Assembly (NCBI GenBank): GCA_951406725.2 | Contig: OX597842.1 | Coordinates: 13,764,001 to 13,828,000 of the forward strand | Direction: 5' to 3' | DNA length: 64,000 nucleotides | From: Octopus vulgaris | Taxonomy: Eukaryota | The notes under the pieces: model-generated | Database searches by the model: none | What the model was told of the DNA's origin: nothing | Seen by the model: only the letters and a program-made list of their open reading frames with translations | Shown here: positions 24,478 through 38,577 of the stretch, one piece after another | Position numbering within the stretch: position 1 is the stretch's first letter | How the letters are laid out: each line of letters starts with the position of its first letter | Made by a program: the position numbers and the translations under genes

Positions 24478-24481
<4 letters not shown>

Positions 24482-24700
24482 AAATATTAGAGAGTCAACT
24501 TTGAATATGTTAACTCTAGTGCTAGAAATAGGTCCGATCGACCTATTTCTAGCACTAGAGTTAACATATTCAAAGTTGACTCTCTAATATTTACGGATAA
24601 ATATGAATTTGTGTCCCCGGTTTTTTGTGCTAGGTCGCTTGGTGTTAAAATAAGGGTATTATTGAATTAATATCTATAATTTTATTCACCCTCATTATTG

Positions 24701-24705
<5 letters not shown>
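24478..24705 (+). repeat. (TA)n-embedded foldback element (59-bp perfect hairpin arms plus terminal motif)
   Basis: CCGTAAATATTAG...ATAGGTC cgatc GACCTAT...CTAATATTTACGG, followed by ...CTTGGTG...TTCACCCTC(TA)n. Confidence 0.7.
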
Positions 24706-24771
<66 letters not shown>

Positions 24772-24823
24772 ATATATATGCGTGTATATATATATCTGTT
24801 TTGAAATATACACACACACATAC

Positions 24824-24882
<59 letters not shown>

Positions 24883-24896
24883 TGTATATATATATA

Positions 24897-25087
24897 TCTG
24901 TTTTGAAATATACACATATAGAAACTCTTAATGTAGACTATATAACCCAGCTAAAACTGATATAGACATTATTAGCAAATACATTTTTTATCGTATTTTA
25001 AGCAAGTTAAATTCGGAATTAAACTTACAGATTTAGAAAAATGGCAAGTCAGTGATACCTTGGTTCAAAGGAATTAGCCATAATCAT
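24897..25087 (+). pseudogene. Inverted duplicate of the 5' part of the Naiad-type RT fragment
   Basis: Reverse complement of ~24219-24410. Confidence 0.75.
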
Positions 25088-25102
25088 ATATATATATATA
25101 TA

Positions 25103-25513
25103 GGCGCAGGAGTGGCTGTGTGGTAAGTAGCTTGTTTACCAGCCACATGGTTCCGGGTTCAGTGCCGCTGCGTGGCACCTTGGGCAAGTGTTTTCTACTA
25201 TAGCCTCGGGCCGACCAAAGCCTTGTGAGTGGATTTGGTAGACAGAAACTGAAAGAAGCCCGTCGTATATATGTATATATTTATGTATGTGTGTGTGTAT
25301 GTTTGTGTGTCTGTGTTTGTCCCCCTAGCATTGCTTGACAATCGATGCTGATGTGTTTATGTCCCCGTGGCTTAGCGGTTCGGCAAAAGAGACCGATAGA
25401 ATAAGTACTGGGCTTACATAAGAATAAGTCCCGGGGTCGAGTTGCTCGATTAAAGTTTGTGCTCCAGCATGACCGCAGTCAAATGACTGAAACAAGTAAA
25501 AGAGTAAAAGAGT
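25103..25513 (+). mobile_element. SINE family A
   Basis: Full-length copy. Confidence 0.8.
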
Positions 25514-25597
25514 AATATATTTACACATAATCTCAAATGCAGATAGATACGTATGTACACATAAATACGTAGATACATATATAAATGTTTATATATA

Positions 25598-26874
25598 CGA
25601 GGGGCATTCAATAAGTAATGCCCCTGACCCACTTCCCATAGCAGTAGAGCAACGACACTTGGCACAGTTATTGGTCTTCTTTTACATAGGAACCACCCAG
25701 AGTTACGCATTTCTCCCATCGTTTGATGCAGCTCTGGAGACCGTTTTTGTAGAAGACCCCAGCTTGGTCCTCCAGCCACGACGTGACTTCAGAAATCAAG
25801 GCTGCATCATCTGGGAAACGCTTTCCTTTCAAAAACAACTTCATGACTGGGAAGAGGTGAAAATCCGAGGGTGCAAGGTCAGGAGAGAAGGGTGTTGGGG
25901 GAGGAGTTCATAGCCGCACGCCTGTACTTCTGATCTGGCGACCATCGAGTTGTGGACCGGAGCGTTGTCCTGCAGGAGGAGGATGCCTTTGCTGATCTTG
26001 CCCCGCCTCTTGATTTTGATAGTTTCTCTTAATTTCCTCAAAAGTGAAGCATAATAGGCTCCTGTAATTGTGGTACCCTTTGCCAGGAAATCTGTCATCA
26101 CTACTCCGTCCTGTTCCCAGATGACTGTGAGCATGACCTTGCCAGCGGAGGGCTGCACCCTTGCCTTCTTTGGAGGAGGTGAGTCACGGTGTTTCCACTG
26201 CATTGACTGGGCTTTGGTCTCTGGATCATAGTGATGGACCCAGGTTTTATCCTGTGTAATCAGTCTTTTGAAAAATTTTGACTCATCTTCATGGCACATC
26301 TCCAAATTCATCCTCGAGCACTCGACGCGTTCTTGCTTCTGGAAAGGTGTGAGCAACATGGGAATCCATCTGGCAGACACCTTTTGCATATGCAAATGGT
26401 CATGAATGATAGTTTCCACAGACCCGGTACTAATCTTGACCTCATGGGCTATTTGGCGAATAGTTATGCGTCGATGTTCCAAAATGGCAGCCTCAACTTG
26501 ACGGACAGATGCCTCATCAATGGCAGAAGGAGGGTGACCAGATCTGGGGCTGTTTCCACAGAGTTCCGACCATGTTTGAATTCCCGATGCCAGCGTTTTA
26601 CAAGGTCATATGATGGGGCATCATTACCATAAGTTACTTTCCTTTCATCAAAAATCTCCCGTGGTGTGCATCCTTTCAAATACAAAACCTGGATCACTGC
26701 TCGACACTCAACAGGCTCCATTTCACACTTGACTCAGTTCAAACACCTGTAAATCAGAAACCACAATTAGTTTGCCACGTAATCTATAGAGATATAAATA
26801 ATTGCACATGCAAAATTTCAGCAAGATCAAACAACTACAAATGGGTCAGGGGCATTACTTACTGAACGTCCCTC

Positions 26875-26875
<1 letters not shown>
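25598..26875 (-). mobile_element. mariner transposon (irritans-like ends) with frameshifted transposase 25668-26721
   Basis: TA|CGAGGGGCATTCAATAAGTAATGCCCCTGACCC ... GGGTCAGGGGCATTACTTACTGAACGTCCCTCG|TA; motifs ARWIP, TQDKTWVHHYDPE, QDNAPVH. Confidence 0.93.
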
Positions 26876-26924
<49 letters not shown>

Positions 26925-27087
26925 GATAGGCTTCTTTCAGACTCCGTCTTCCAAACCCTCTGACAAGTCTTTGGTCGGCCTGAGGCTAGAGCAGAAGTCA
27001 CATGCACAAGTTGCCACGCAGTGGGACCGAACCTGGAACACTGGGGTTCGTTAGCAAGCTAAATTATCACACAGCCACTATATATAT

Positions 27088-27122
<35 letters not shown>

Positions 27123-28320
27123 CACATTCTTACAACACTGTGACTGGTTGCTGAAACAGCTCCTCAACCACTCAAATGTGGAAGTGTTATATCTCGGCGT
27201 TGCACAGGCCGTTGATAAAGTTTTATCACGGAATGATATGTCACAATGTGCGTCATTTTGGCATGGTTGGAAAATTGGTAGAATGGCTTCATGAATTTCT
27301 GAAGGATAGAAATCAGGTAGCAGTAGCCAATGGGGCCACCTCAAATGACTCGCAAATAGTGAGCACTATTTCGCAAAGCATTATTTTCGGACAACTACTG
27401 TTCATAATTGCCCTCTCAGACATGCCCTCGGCCACACAGAGAGCCACGATCACAAGTTATACAGATGATACAAAAGTTTCACAAGTAATACAGAACCCTA
27501 AAGACGCTATGCACCTACAATGTGCGCTGGATGAAATATACCAAATGGGCCGAAAAGAATAGCATACTGTTCAATACTGAAAAATTTAAAGCTTTGTTCT
27601 ATCAGCATACAAAACTAAATGCAATACCCAGTAAATACACTGGACCTGGAGGGATTGCAATCAGTGCGAGACCTGGGCATTTACATCCGTAATGATGCAA
27701 TCTTCAATGTGCATGTTGCTAAATTCGCAATGGAATGTAGGCAGGTGACCGGATGGATTCTTAGAACGTTTAGAACAAGAGACCAGGAAACCATGATGGT
27801 CCTCTGGAGGACACTTGTCCTAAGCCACCTTGACAATTTCTCTCAGCTATGGTCACCAACCAGTGTCAAATTAATCGCAGAACGTGAGACAATACAACGA
27901 AGCTACGCGAAGAAGATAGCCTCTATGCAGTATATAAGCTATGCAGTATATGGCCTAATATACACCTGGAAGATCCTGGAAGGACTTGTCAAAAACTTTG
28001 TCATCCAGAGATACACAAGTACCAGAACTGGGCGTCACTGCATAGTGTCAATGACTCCAAATTTGCCATCAAGATGTAGAAAAAAATACTGCGGTAGCCT
28101 GGGCTTTAGAGATGCACAGCTCTTCAATATCCTCCCGATGAACCTGAGAGACCTGCATGGTGTGGATGCAGGTGCGTTGAAAATAATGCTGGACCTCTTC
28201 CTGTCAGGTGTCCCAGATGAACCAACTTCGCAGCAGGAGGTGCTGATGAGGGCAGCTGCATGAAACTCTCTCATGCACCAAATGTCAATTGCTAAAAAGC
28301 CTTCGTGAAGTAGAATTATG
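27123..28320 (+). mobile_element. CR1-group LINE RT/3' fragment (decayed)
   Basis: Motifs FGQLLFII, YTDDTK, VRDLGIY, SQLWSP, LFNILP. Confidence 0.8.
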
Positions 28321-28767
28321 TATTAACACCAAATGTCAGAACCCCAGCATGACCACATCTGAGCTGAAACTAGATGAAATAAAAAAATAAAAAAACACAT
28401 ATAATCATGTATAAACACTTCTAAATTGCTTATAATCATGTTCATCATTTCCTTGAATGTCATCCTCAACAGGGTAAATAACATCATCGTCATTGTCATC
28501 ATCATCTAACATCCATGTTCCTTTCTGGCTTGGACTGGACAGCATCCAAGGACTGCACTGCGCTCAAATGTCTGCTTTGGTCTCCTATTTCTGGTTAGAT
28601 GCCCTTCCAAATATCAACCAAATTACAACATGGATCAGTGCTTTTTATCATACTACCCGACATTTGAGGTTGCCATGCAGGTCGCAGAACTACAAATCCC
28701 GCTGGAGGGGTGTAAATAAATATATATATATAAATAAATTAATATATATATATATGTATATATACAT

Positions 28768-29075
28768 GGAGGTGATAAGGCCTAGTGGTTCGGGCAGCGA
28801 ACACGCGGTCGTAGTATAGCGGTTTCGATTCCCAGACCGAGCGTTGTGAGTGTATATTGAGCGAAAACACCTATATCTCCAATAGGCTCCGATAGGGGCT
28901 GGTGGTGATCCCTGCTGTACTCTTTCGCCACAGCTTTCTCGCACTCTTTCGTCTGTTGGCCTGCTTGCTTAGCCAGCGGGGTGGCGTCATTTGAAGGCTA
29001 AAACAATGCGAAGCGCATTGTGACCAGAGATGTGCAGCAACATCTGATAGCCTGGTCGGTCACGTGATCACGTGA
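28768..29075 (+). mobile_element. tRNA-derived SINE family C
   Basis: GGAGGTGATAAGGCCTAGTGGTT...GGTTTCGATTCCC head; ends GGTCACGTGAT(A) before a TA tract. Copies at 41747-42055; minus-strand partials at 35517-35670 and 61941-62060. Confidence 0.7.
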
Positions 29076-29846
29076 TATATATATATTTATACCTTCACCA
29101 CCTGACATCCGCTGTTTGTTTACATCCATGTAACGTAGTTGTTATATGAAGAGAGACCAAACACATAAGCAGCAATCTGAAGAAAGAGAAGCACTACTCG
29201 CTGTGTGGTCGACTAAACACTTCTATGCAGTGCTCCAGCATGACAGCCTTCCAATGTTTAAGAAATAGAAACGATCGGCCGTAAAAAATAGTTTATAAGT
29301 AACGCATTTAAAAAGAATTATAAAATAGTGTTAAGGGAGGTAATTCACAATTATAGGTCATATAATAGAGAGTAGTCTCCCTTGACGTGAAATATGCCTG
29401 TTAATATTAAGTGTATATTTATGCGGGTGTGCTTTTATTGTGTGTGCCTGTGCCCGTTCGTGTATGGGTTTGTGTGTGTGTGTGTGGTGGTGGTGGTGGG
29501 GGGGGGGTAGGTGTGGGTGTGTGTGTTTGTGAGAGAGGGAGAGGGAGAGAGAGAGTAAAGCATGGGAGGTTGGAGTTATGCAGTAATAAGCTCTATAGAA
29601 CATCCTAAAATCAAAGGTTTTAGCAGTTTGCTCTTTACCTTGGATTTCTTTTATCCATTGGAAAGTGGCCATGCTGGAGCACTGCCTTAAAGTGTTTCTA
29701 ACGGATTAACTGGACATGTTTATTTATTAATTTCTAATTTTTCCTTTTTCTTTCGTCCTGGATCGCTCAACGTTGCTTTATAGAGACATAAATAAAGCAA
29801 CACCGTGTCAGGCTGCAATCGTAGGATGAGAACACACATTAACGTG

Positions 29847-29945
<99 letters not shown>

Positions 29946-30001
29946 AGAGACTTCACAAGCTCTGAAATAAATGGAACGTTAGGTTTTAAATTTATTCTCC
30001 A

Positions 30002-30700
30002 TGTTTACTCTCAACGTTGAGTCTTTCAATGTTTGCATTCTGTCATCGAATTGGAAATAAGGGCTTTTCCTCAATGACCTCGTGTCGCTTAATTTGGATG
30101 TGCTAGTACTTAGAGACGCCCGGCTGAGTGGACAGACAAGCATTTCTAAATTGCTACGACAAATTTATTTCTCCTGGTCACCCAGAATGTGAGGAGGGGC
30201 TGTCTAAGTTCTGCTCAAGAAAAACTAGATTTAGAGACAAGAGTAATCTTTATTGATCCGGGGGTGGGAGTAGCCTGGTCGTATTTGATGTAATCCTCAT
30301 CATTGATAAGTCTTTCAGGCTGGTGGCTGTTTATGAACTCCGACGGCCGGACAGTTAGACAATTTTCTAGGCTAGAGAATTTTCTAGGAACGTCACACTC
30401 CTTAGTGGATTGCGTTTGCTCGAATACGGATAGGAGGAGAAACACGTATCTCTTCGATCTGCTTAAGCGTTTTTTGCTGGCAAATCTGTATATACTGGAA
30501 CACCCAGACGCTCCACTGTGGACATGGATGAATAGCGATGGATCTTATGGATCTTATATGAACAGGCTATTTCTTAGATGTATAGATAAAGATGTATTTG
30601 TGGGTGCACAATTTCACTACGTCAACTACAGTGATCAGAAGCCTGTGACCAGTAAGTTTGACCTCGAAAGGTTACATAGGCAAGGTCCCGGCTTCTAGAA
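30002..30700 (+). pseudogene. L1/Tx1-type APE endonuclease fragment
   Basis: MFTLNV...LNDL.SLNLDV.V.R(E/D), then WTWMNSDGS..SY..R, SDQKPV, GPGF*K. Copies at 42975-43674 (+) and 46956-47669 (-); N-terminal pieces at 34123, 49643 and 55206. Confidence 0.7.
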
Positions 30701-30977
30701 GCTCCTTAGTTACCTTGGATTTCTTTCATTCATTGGATTGTGGCCATGCTGGGGCTCCGCCTTGAAGAATTTTCGTCGCTTTAACTGGACCTATATATTT
30801 ATTTATTTATTTGTAATCTGTTCTTATGCTTCCGACCTGTAACGCTAAACGTTGCTTTATAGTGACATAAACAAAGTAACAACGTGTCAGGTTGCGATCA
30901 GAGGACAAGCATACACACAAAATATCTCAGGAATACATGCACACGCACACACACACACACACACTCATATACACACA

Positions 30978-31016
<39 letters not shown>

Positions 31017-31536
31017 AAAAACAGCCACACAAACACACATACACACACCCTTAATACATATACGTATTCAGATATGCATGTACATGCAAATATTCACCGA
31101 TGCTTGCGTATATTCATACATACATGTATACATACATACACACATATATATACGTATATATACATAAATTTATATATAATCACATATATACATACATACA
31201 TGTATGCATGCATACATACACATATACATACATACACACATGCATATATGCATAAATACATACATACATACATACATAGATACATACACGCATACATATA
31301 TGCATGCATACATATATGCATGCAAACATACATACTTACAGGCATTCTTGCATGCATACATACATAGATGCGTAGATACATACATGCATATATACATACA
31401 TTCATGCATGCAAATATACATATATGCTTGCATACATACACATATACATACATGCATACACGCATACATACATACATACATATATATATGTATGTATGTG
31501 TATGTATGTATGTATAAGTATATATATATATATATA

Positions 31537-32166
31537 TTATTATTTTCAGGTATAGGTAGAATTTTAATTTAAATAGTAGTGAGCATATATCTCCCTATGT
31601 GTTAGTTTTTAGAACTATTAGCCAAATATGTAAAATAACTGTGCTTATTAATATTAATATATACACTGATATATATTTTATATTTTGTTTTTTTTTATAT
31701 ATTTTGTTTTATTTTGTTTTGTTTACCTTGCATTAGTGTATCAATGAGTATTGTTTATGTGTAGCAAGATGGAGTTTATGCACAAGATTTTATATATTAC
31801 ATGTTTATATTTTTATATTTATATGTATATGGAAAAATAATTTTTTCATAATTTTTTCACTATTATAACAAATTAAATTCTCTGAAGAGGCCGTGGGGCA
31901 TCCTTATTAATGCCTCATTTATACCTGCCTTAATGGCTTATAGGTTAAATGAGGTATGACTGCCCTTACTGCCGAAACAGCTGTCAGATATGATATAATT
32001 ACATATTATATTTTATATTTTATATTTCTATTTCCTTGTCTATTTATATTTACTATATATGTTGTATAATGCCTTTACTGATATGTAATGGTGTAATAAA
32101 GTATTGATTGGGTATCAGATGGTTGATGTTTTATTGATTTAAGTATGTTTCTCCATTTTCTAATTT

Positions 32167-32168
<2 letters not shown>
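31537..32168 (+). mobile_element. Non-coding hammerhead-bearing insertion in (TA)n
   Basis: Bounded by (TA)n on both sides; absent from the paralogous site at 46107-46141. Confidence 0.8.
31879..31988 (+). ncRNA. Type I hammerhead ribozyme with long extended stem II
   Basis: TCT-CTGAAGA-GGC...(~80-nt hairpin including ATGCCTCATTTA/TAAATGAGGTAT)...GCC-GAAA-CAGCTG-TC^AGA; predicted cleavage after 31985. Confidence 0.75.
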
Positions 32169-32233
<65 letters not shown>

Positions 32234-32559
32234 CAGATTACCGCCCAGTTTCGCCCGTTTTGTATGCGATCCTATATCATACTGGAAATAAGAGCCAATT
32301 GCACAGAAATTTGAATTATTTTTCGGACAAAATTGAAGGACATTCTTTGTGGAAAGTGAACGAAAAATTCCCTTTTGTGTTAATTCTTCCTCCTAGAAAT
32401 GAAAAGACATAACCTGAAATGCCTACTACGAAACCCCGCTTTGAAATACATACTACAATCAGTCCCTGGTACTGACTAAACGTCTCCCCTTATCCACCAG
32501 TTCCAACAAATTTTAACGGAAAAGCAGACGAATTACTCAACTAGATTTGACTACAAAAG

Positions 32560-33300
32560 CAGCAGAATGAGACCAATTGTGGCCGGTCCCTCGTGTGAGA
32601 CCCACAGACCTAGTAACTTTATTGATGTCCTCCTCATACGTATTCTGCAACATATACCGAGCTTTATAAGGGATGATCTGGAATTGTTAAACTATCTCCC
32701 GAACAAAACTAGTAAGGACTCCTTTCTGTTTTCATTCGATATAATAAACCTCTACACATCGATTCCTCACGATTTCGGAATAATAGACGTAGAATACTGG
32801 CAGGAAAATTTCCCAAATGACCGAATAGGAAAGGAATTCATTGTTGAAGGAACAAAATCCATCCTACAGAACAACTTCTTCAACTTTAACGAGAACAATT
32901 ATAGACTGAAATAGGGCACGGTGATAGGGATGAGGGTAGCCCTACTTTTGCGAACATTCTCGAGGTATATTTCGAAGTCTAAATATACAAGCACGCTAGA
33001 CTGAAATTTGGATACAACTTCCAAAAATACTTCCTCGCCAACTAGAAATGCTACCTGGTTGGCTGTTTCATTCTGTGGCCACATAACCTTGAACAACTCT
33101 CAAAATGAAAAAAAAAACCTAATCAACAGCAAGAATCACAGCATCCAGTTCACAATGGAAAACAACCACAAACAACTTCCCCTCCTGGAAATCTTAATCA
33201 TAAAAAAATAATAATTACATTGAAACTGACATCTTCTTCACACCAACGGACTCAAAACAAATATATTTCTTTCCCTCTTGCCACCCGAAACATACTAAAA
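32560..33300 (+). pseudogene. Penelope-like RT fragment (Penelope/Neptune-type)
   Basis: RPIVAG, FDIINLYTSIP, ILQNNFFNF, *GTVIG, IQFTME, TDIFFTPTD, SCHPKHTK. Confidence 0.85.
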
Positions 33301-33316
33301 TAAATGTCTTTCGCTT

Positions 33317-33412
<96 letters not shown>

Positions 33413-33532
33413 ACTACACTAAATGTCACCAACTGAGTAACTAAAATCAATGTCTTTCGCTTTTTCTTTTGTGTGTGTGTGTGATTTAGTACATTAAATC
33501 TCAATCAAGCAAGTAACTAGAGACGGCACGTG

Positions 33533-33582
<50 letters not shown>

Positions 33583-34765
33583 CACGTGCCGTCAGTAGTT
33601 ACATGCGAGTGTGTTTGTGTGCGTGTGTCTGAGATAGATAGAGAGAAAGAGAGAGAGTGGGAGGGAAAAAGGAAGGCATGGGAGGGTGTAAGAAGCCAGA
33701 AATAAGCTCTATAGCACATTCTTAAATCGAAGGTTTTAGTGCTTTGCTGTTTTCCTTGAATTTCTTTCATTAATTGGATTGTGGCCATGCTGGAGCACCG
33801 CCTTGAAGCGTTCCCATCGGGTCAGCTGGACCTGTTTATTTATTTATTTGTAATCTGTCCTTATTCTTTCGTCCTGTATCACTGAACGTTGCTTTATAGA
33901 GACATAAACAAAGCAACACCGTGCTAGGCTGCGATCATAGGATAAGGACACACATAAACATGAACACATACACACAAGCACACACACACACCTGCGCGCG
34001 CGCGCACACAGACTCACACACACACAGACACACACACGTAGGGACCTCACAAGCTCCTAAATAAATGGAACGGGATGGGTTAACGCCCATCTCCAACCTA
34101 AGGTAGACCAAATTCTTTCTTCATGTTTACACTCAACGTAGGATTTCTAAATGTCTGCAGCCTGGCGTCGAATTGGAAACAAGGGCTTTTCCTCAATGAC
34201 CTCAGGTCGCTTAATTTGGATGTGTTAGTAGTTAGAGAAACCCGGCTGAGAGGAAAGACAACCATTTCCCCCCTCCTAAACTGCTGCGAGAAATATATTT
34301 CTCCTGGTCACCCTGGAGGTGAGGTGAGGTACACATGGTGGAGAAGTAACCCACCACTAACAGGTTTTTGTATTTTTTACGGAGAACAATGTTTTCGTTT
34401 ATGAAGATACCGATTCCAAAATCGACCAAAAATTCGCCAAAATCGCACCCTCCTTCTTCATTTATAACTTTGTTTCAGAAAAAGTTTTGCGCAAAATAGG
34501 TGATAAAATACGGAGATTATGATTCTGAATAATAATCCTGTGTAAAATGGAAGTTTTTCGACAAAAAAACAAAAAATAGAAAATCTACCCCTACCCTCTA
34601 CCCTCCCGATTCTATGGGCTTCAAACATGCTAGAAAAAGCAGCCAAATCTCACACAAATTGTGTTTGGAACATACGTATAAACTCTGTATCGAATGCCTA
34701 TGGGGTATTCCTACACAATTGTGCCCCTCGATTTTGCTTCACACACACACAAGCATATATACATA

Positions 34766-34930
34766 CTAGCAGCTAAGCCCAGTTTCACCCGGTCTGTTTG
34801 GATGATGTGGCTGTGATCGGGTTTGGTTAGGCATAATCTATAACAGCGTTTCTCAAACTTATTATTTCTGGTTCCCTGTTTCGATTGGAGCCTCCAGATG
34901 TATGAACATGTCCTGACTTCCCCCCCCCCC
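34766..34930 (-). mobile_element. Helitron-like 3' end fragment
   Basis: Plus strand ACTAGCAGCTAAGCCCAGTTTCACCCGG = minus-strand imperfect hairpin + CTAG|T. Confidence 0.5.
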
Positions 34931-35469
34931 ACCCTTGTAAGCACACCAGCATCGGTTATAAAGCGATGTTGTGGGGAAAAACACTGACAAGCAAATATAT
35001 ACACACACACACATACACACACACACACACACGCATATATATATATATATACATACATACGATGGGCTTTTTTCAGTTTCCGTCTACCGAATCCACTCAC
35101 AAGGAGATAGTTGGCCTGAGGCTATAGTAGAAGACACATGCCCAAGGTGCCACGCAGTGGGACCGGACCCAGAGCCATGTGGCTTGTTAGCATGCTAATT
35201 AACACTATATATATATGCTAATTAGCACACACACATAATACATACATACATGCATACATACATATATATATATATATGTTTTTTTATTACCGACAAGGGG
35301 CTAAACATAGAGGGGACAGACAAACGGATTAAGTCGATTACATCGACGCCAGTGCGAAACTGGTACTTAATTTATCGATCCCGAAAGGATGAAAGGCGAA
35401 GTCGACCTCGGCAGAATTTGAACTCAGAACGTAACGGCAGGCAAAATACGGGTACGCATTTCGCCCGGC

Positions 35470-35520
<51 letters not shown>

Positions 35521-35684
35521 CGTGACCGACCAGGCTATCAGGTGTTGCTACACATCGCTGGTCACCATGCGCCTCGCATTGTTTTAGCCTTTAAATGACG
35601 CAACCTCGCTGGCTAAGCGAGCAGGCCAACAGAAAAAAGAGTGCGAGAAGGTTGTGGCGAAAGAGTACACCCCACCCCCATACA

Positions 35685-35818
<134 letters not shown>

Positions 35819-35879
35819 GTTTATATATATATATATACATATGTTTATATATATATGATTGATTGATTGATTGATTGAT

Positions 35880-36420
35880 TCTAGTTTCAGCTTATGAGCT
35901 GTGGCCATGCTGGGGCACCGCCATTTGGTGTTGCTACTTGGTTTCACTTCATGGAGGCTTTCTAGCGACTGCTATTTGGTGCATGAGAGAGTTCGATGCA
36001 GCTGCCCTCATCTGCCCCTCCTGCCGTGAAGTTGGTTCATCTGGGACACCTGACAGGAAGAGATCCAGCTTCATTTTAAAGACATCTGTATCCACCCCAT
36101 GCAGGTCTCTCAGGTTCTTCGGGAGGATATTGAAGAGCTGTGGGCCTCGGAAGCCCAGGCTATCACAGAATCTTGTCCTACATCTTGATGGCAGGTTTGG
36201 AGTCCTAGGCACCACGCAGTGGCGCCCAGTTCTGGCATTTGCGTAACTCTCGATGCCAAAGTTCAGGACACTTCCCTCCAGGATCTTCCAGATGTATATT
36301 ATGGCATATCTTTCCCGCCTACGCTCCAGGGAATATAATTTTAATCTCTTGAGTCTTTCCCAGTAGCTTACATTCTGCATAGAGGCTATCTTCTTTGTGT
36401 AGCTTCGTTGATCGCCTCAA
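35880..36420 (-). mobile_element. CR1-group LINE 3' end
   Basis: [30 protein letters not shown]...LFNILP; (ATCA)n tail next to a TA tract. Confidence 0.85.
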
Positions 36421-36421
36421 G

Positions 36422-36503
<82 letters not shown>

Positions 36504-36622
36504 GTTTATATATATATATATGTTTATATATATATATATATATACTTATATATGTACATATATATATATATATATATACTTATATATGTACACATATATA
36601 TATATATACATATATATATGTA

Positions 36623-36678
<56 letters not shown>

Positions 36679-36694
36679 TATATGTACTTATATA

Positions 36695-36739
<45 letters not shown>

Positions 36740-36743
<4 letters not shown>

Positions 36744-37420
36744 CAACAATTGAGGGTAAAATTAATTAATTAATCAATTTCACCAAGTATTCAGTATGCA
36801 AAGGGACCATTTAAGGCGAATTCAAATTATTACATTATATAAAAGGGCTTAGTAAAATAAATTACTTTGCCGCATACTAAAATTAATTAATTAATCAATT
36901 TCACCAAGTATTCAGTATGCAAAGGGACCATTTTACCCTCAATTGTTGAAATTATAATTCATCTTTCTCTATTTAATGCCTCGGATTTTACCGAAAAAAA
37001 GCATGTTGTTTGTTGATTTTAACCCACGCTGGTGGAAGGGGGAGAGCAGAAATTCTTCGCTTGCATATTTGAATTTGCTGGCACTGTTAGTTGCGAGTAG
37101 ATCTTTGGAGGCGATGGGAAGCCGAATAGGTATGCTCCTGCTTTCAGTGTTTTCAAATCCAAACCAGGGAGTTCTGAGCTGATGATAGAAGTGTCGAGTT
37201 TGACTAATCTTGAAACGTACGTTCTCAAATAACCTTTGCATTTGATTTTTTAATGTTTCTACCCTCATACTTTCGTGAGTTGAATTGAACAAACACTATA
37301 TGAGAGAGATTTTCTTTAAGTATTGGAAATAGTTTTAAAAAAGTTTTTTTTAGCTGCTATTTCTAATGAGTTCAGTATGCGGCAAAGTAATTTATTTTAC
37401 TAAGCCCTTTTATATAATAT
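36740..37420 (-). mobile_element. (TA)n-embedded element with inverted terminal segments
   Basis: 36833-36878 is inverted at 37374-37419; internal ~120-bp-spaced duplication; terminal motif ...CTTGGTG...TTTTACCCTC on the minus strand. Confidence 0.55.
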
Positions 37421-37422
37421 AT

Positions 37423-37485
<63 letters not shown>

Positions 37486-37497
37486 TAAATATATATA

Positions 37498-37553
<56 letters not shown>

Positions 37554-37599
37554 TAATATATATATATATATATATAATATATATAAATATATATATATA

Positions 37600-37680
<81 letters not shown>

Positions 37681-37716
37681 ATCAAAATAAAATAAAAACA
37701 TGATGCGAAGGATTCA

Positions 37717-37794
37717 GCGGTACATATGTTTCGGGCCTTTATTAGACAGATTTATAACAATGCATAATGTATGTCTGTGGCCTTCTTCAGCCGC
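37717..37794 (-). ncRNA. Type I hammerhead ribozyme (mirror copy)
   Basis: GCGG-CTGAAGA-A-GGCC...GGCC-C-GAAA-CATATG-TA^CCGC on the minus strand; palindromic stem III ACATATGT. Confidence 0.7.
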
Positions 37795-38070
37795 GCACAA
37801 CAGCTTCCACAAGGACATGTTTTACATCAAAATTTCTTGGTTGGGGATGCAGATCCTCTCATTCACGTACGACATAATGCGGCAGCAGCATAGAATTGAA
37901 GCGTCCATCTCTTTCTTCTCTCTTTCTTCTCTTTTCTTCATTGAGAGAAGAAAGAGATGGACGCCTCAATTCTATGCTGCTGCCGCATTATGTCGTACGT
38001 GAATGAGAGGATCTGCATCCCCAACCAAGAATTTTTGATGTAAAACATGTCCTTGTGGAAGCTGTTGTGC

Positions 38071-38148
38071 GCGGCTGAAGAAGGCCACAGACATACATTA
38101 TGCATTGTTATAAATCTGTCTAATAAAGGCCCGAAACATACGTACCGC
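38071..38148 (+). ncRNA. Type I hammerhead ribozyme
   Basis: GCGG-CTGAAGA-AGGCC...GGCCC-GAAA-CATACG-TA^CCGC; stem I GCGG/CCGC; predicted cleavage after 38144. Confidence 0.7.
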
Positions 38149-38258
38149 TGAATCCTTCGCATCATGTTTTTATTTTATTTTGATCAATTTACTCCACCAC
38201 CTACACCACCAAACGGTATACACAGGTGCTTATAATTATCAAGTACTCATCCCGAATT

Positions 38259-38412
<154 letters not shown>

Positions 38413-38577
38413 GCTGCATTTATTTCTAAATGCTGTATTTTGTTTTCCGTGAGAGTTTGGCGCGTTGTTGGTTGGGGCATTTGAATTATAACGTCCGATG
38501 TAATCAATTGAACCGCACGCGTAATTATCGTTATGGTAAAATCTGGCGTGTGATTGAGTGGATTTCATCAAGATAGC

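Noticed and set aside
30303-30698. 131-aa ORF conserved in three copies as a novel gene
   Set aside because: It starts at TTG, is an internal piece of a frameshifted L1/Tx1-type endonuclease, and is conserved only because of recent duplication.
36969-37292. 107-aa ORF as a gene
   Set aside because: No recognisable motif; it lies inside a rearranged TA-embedded element.
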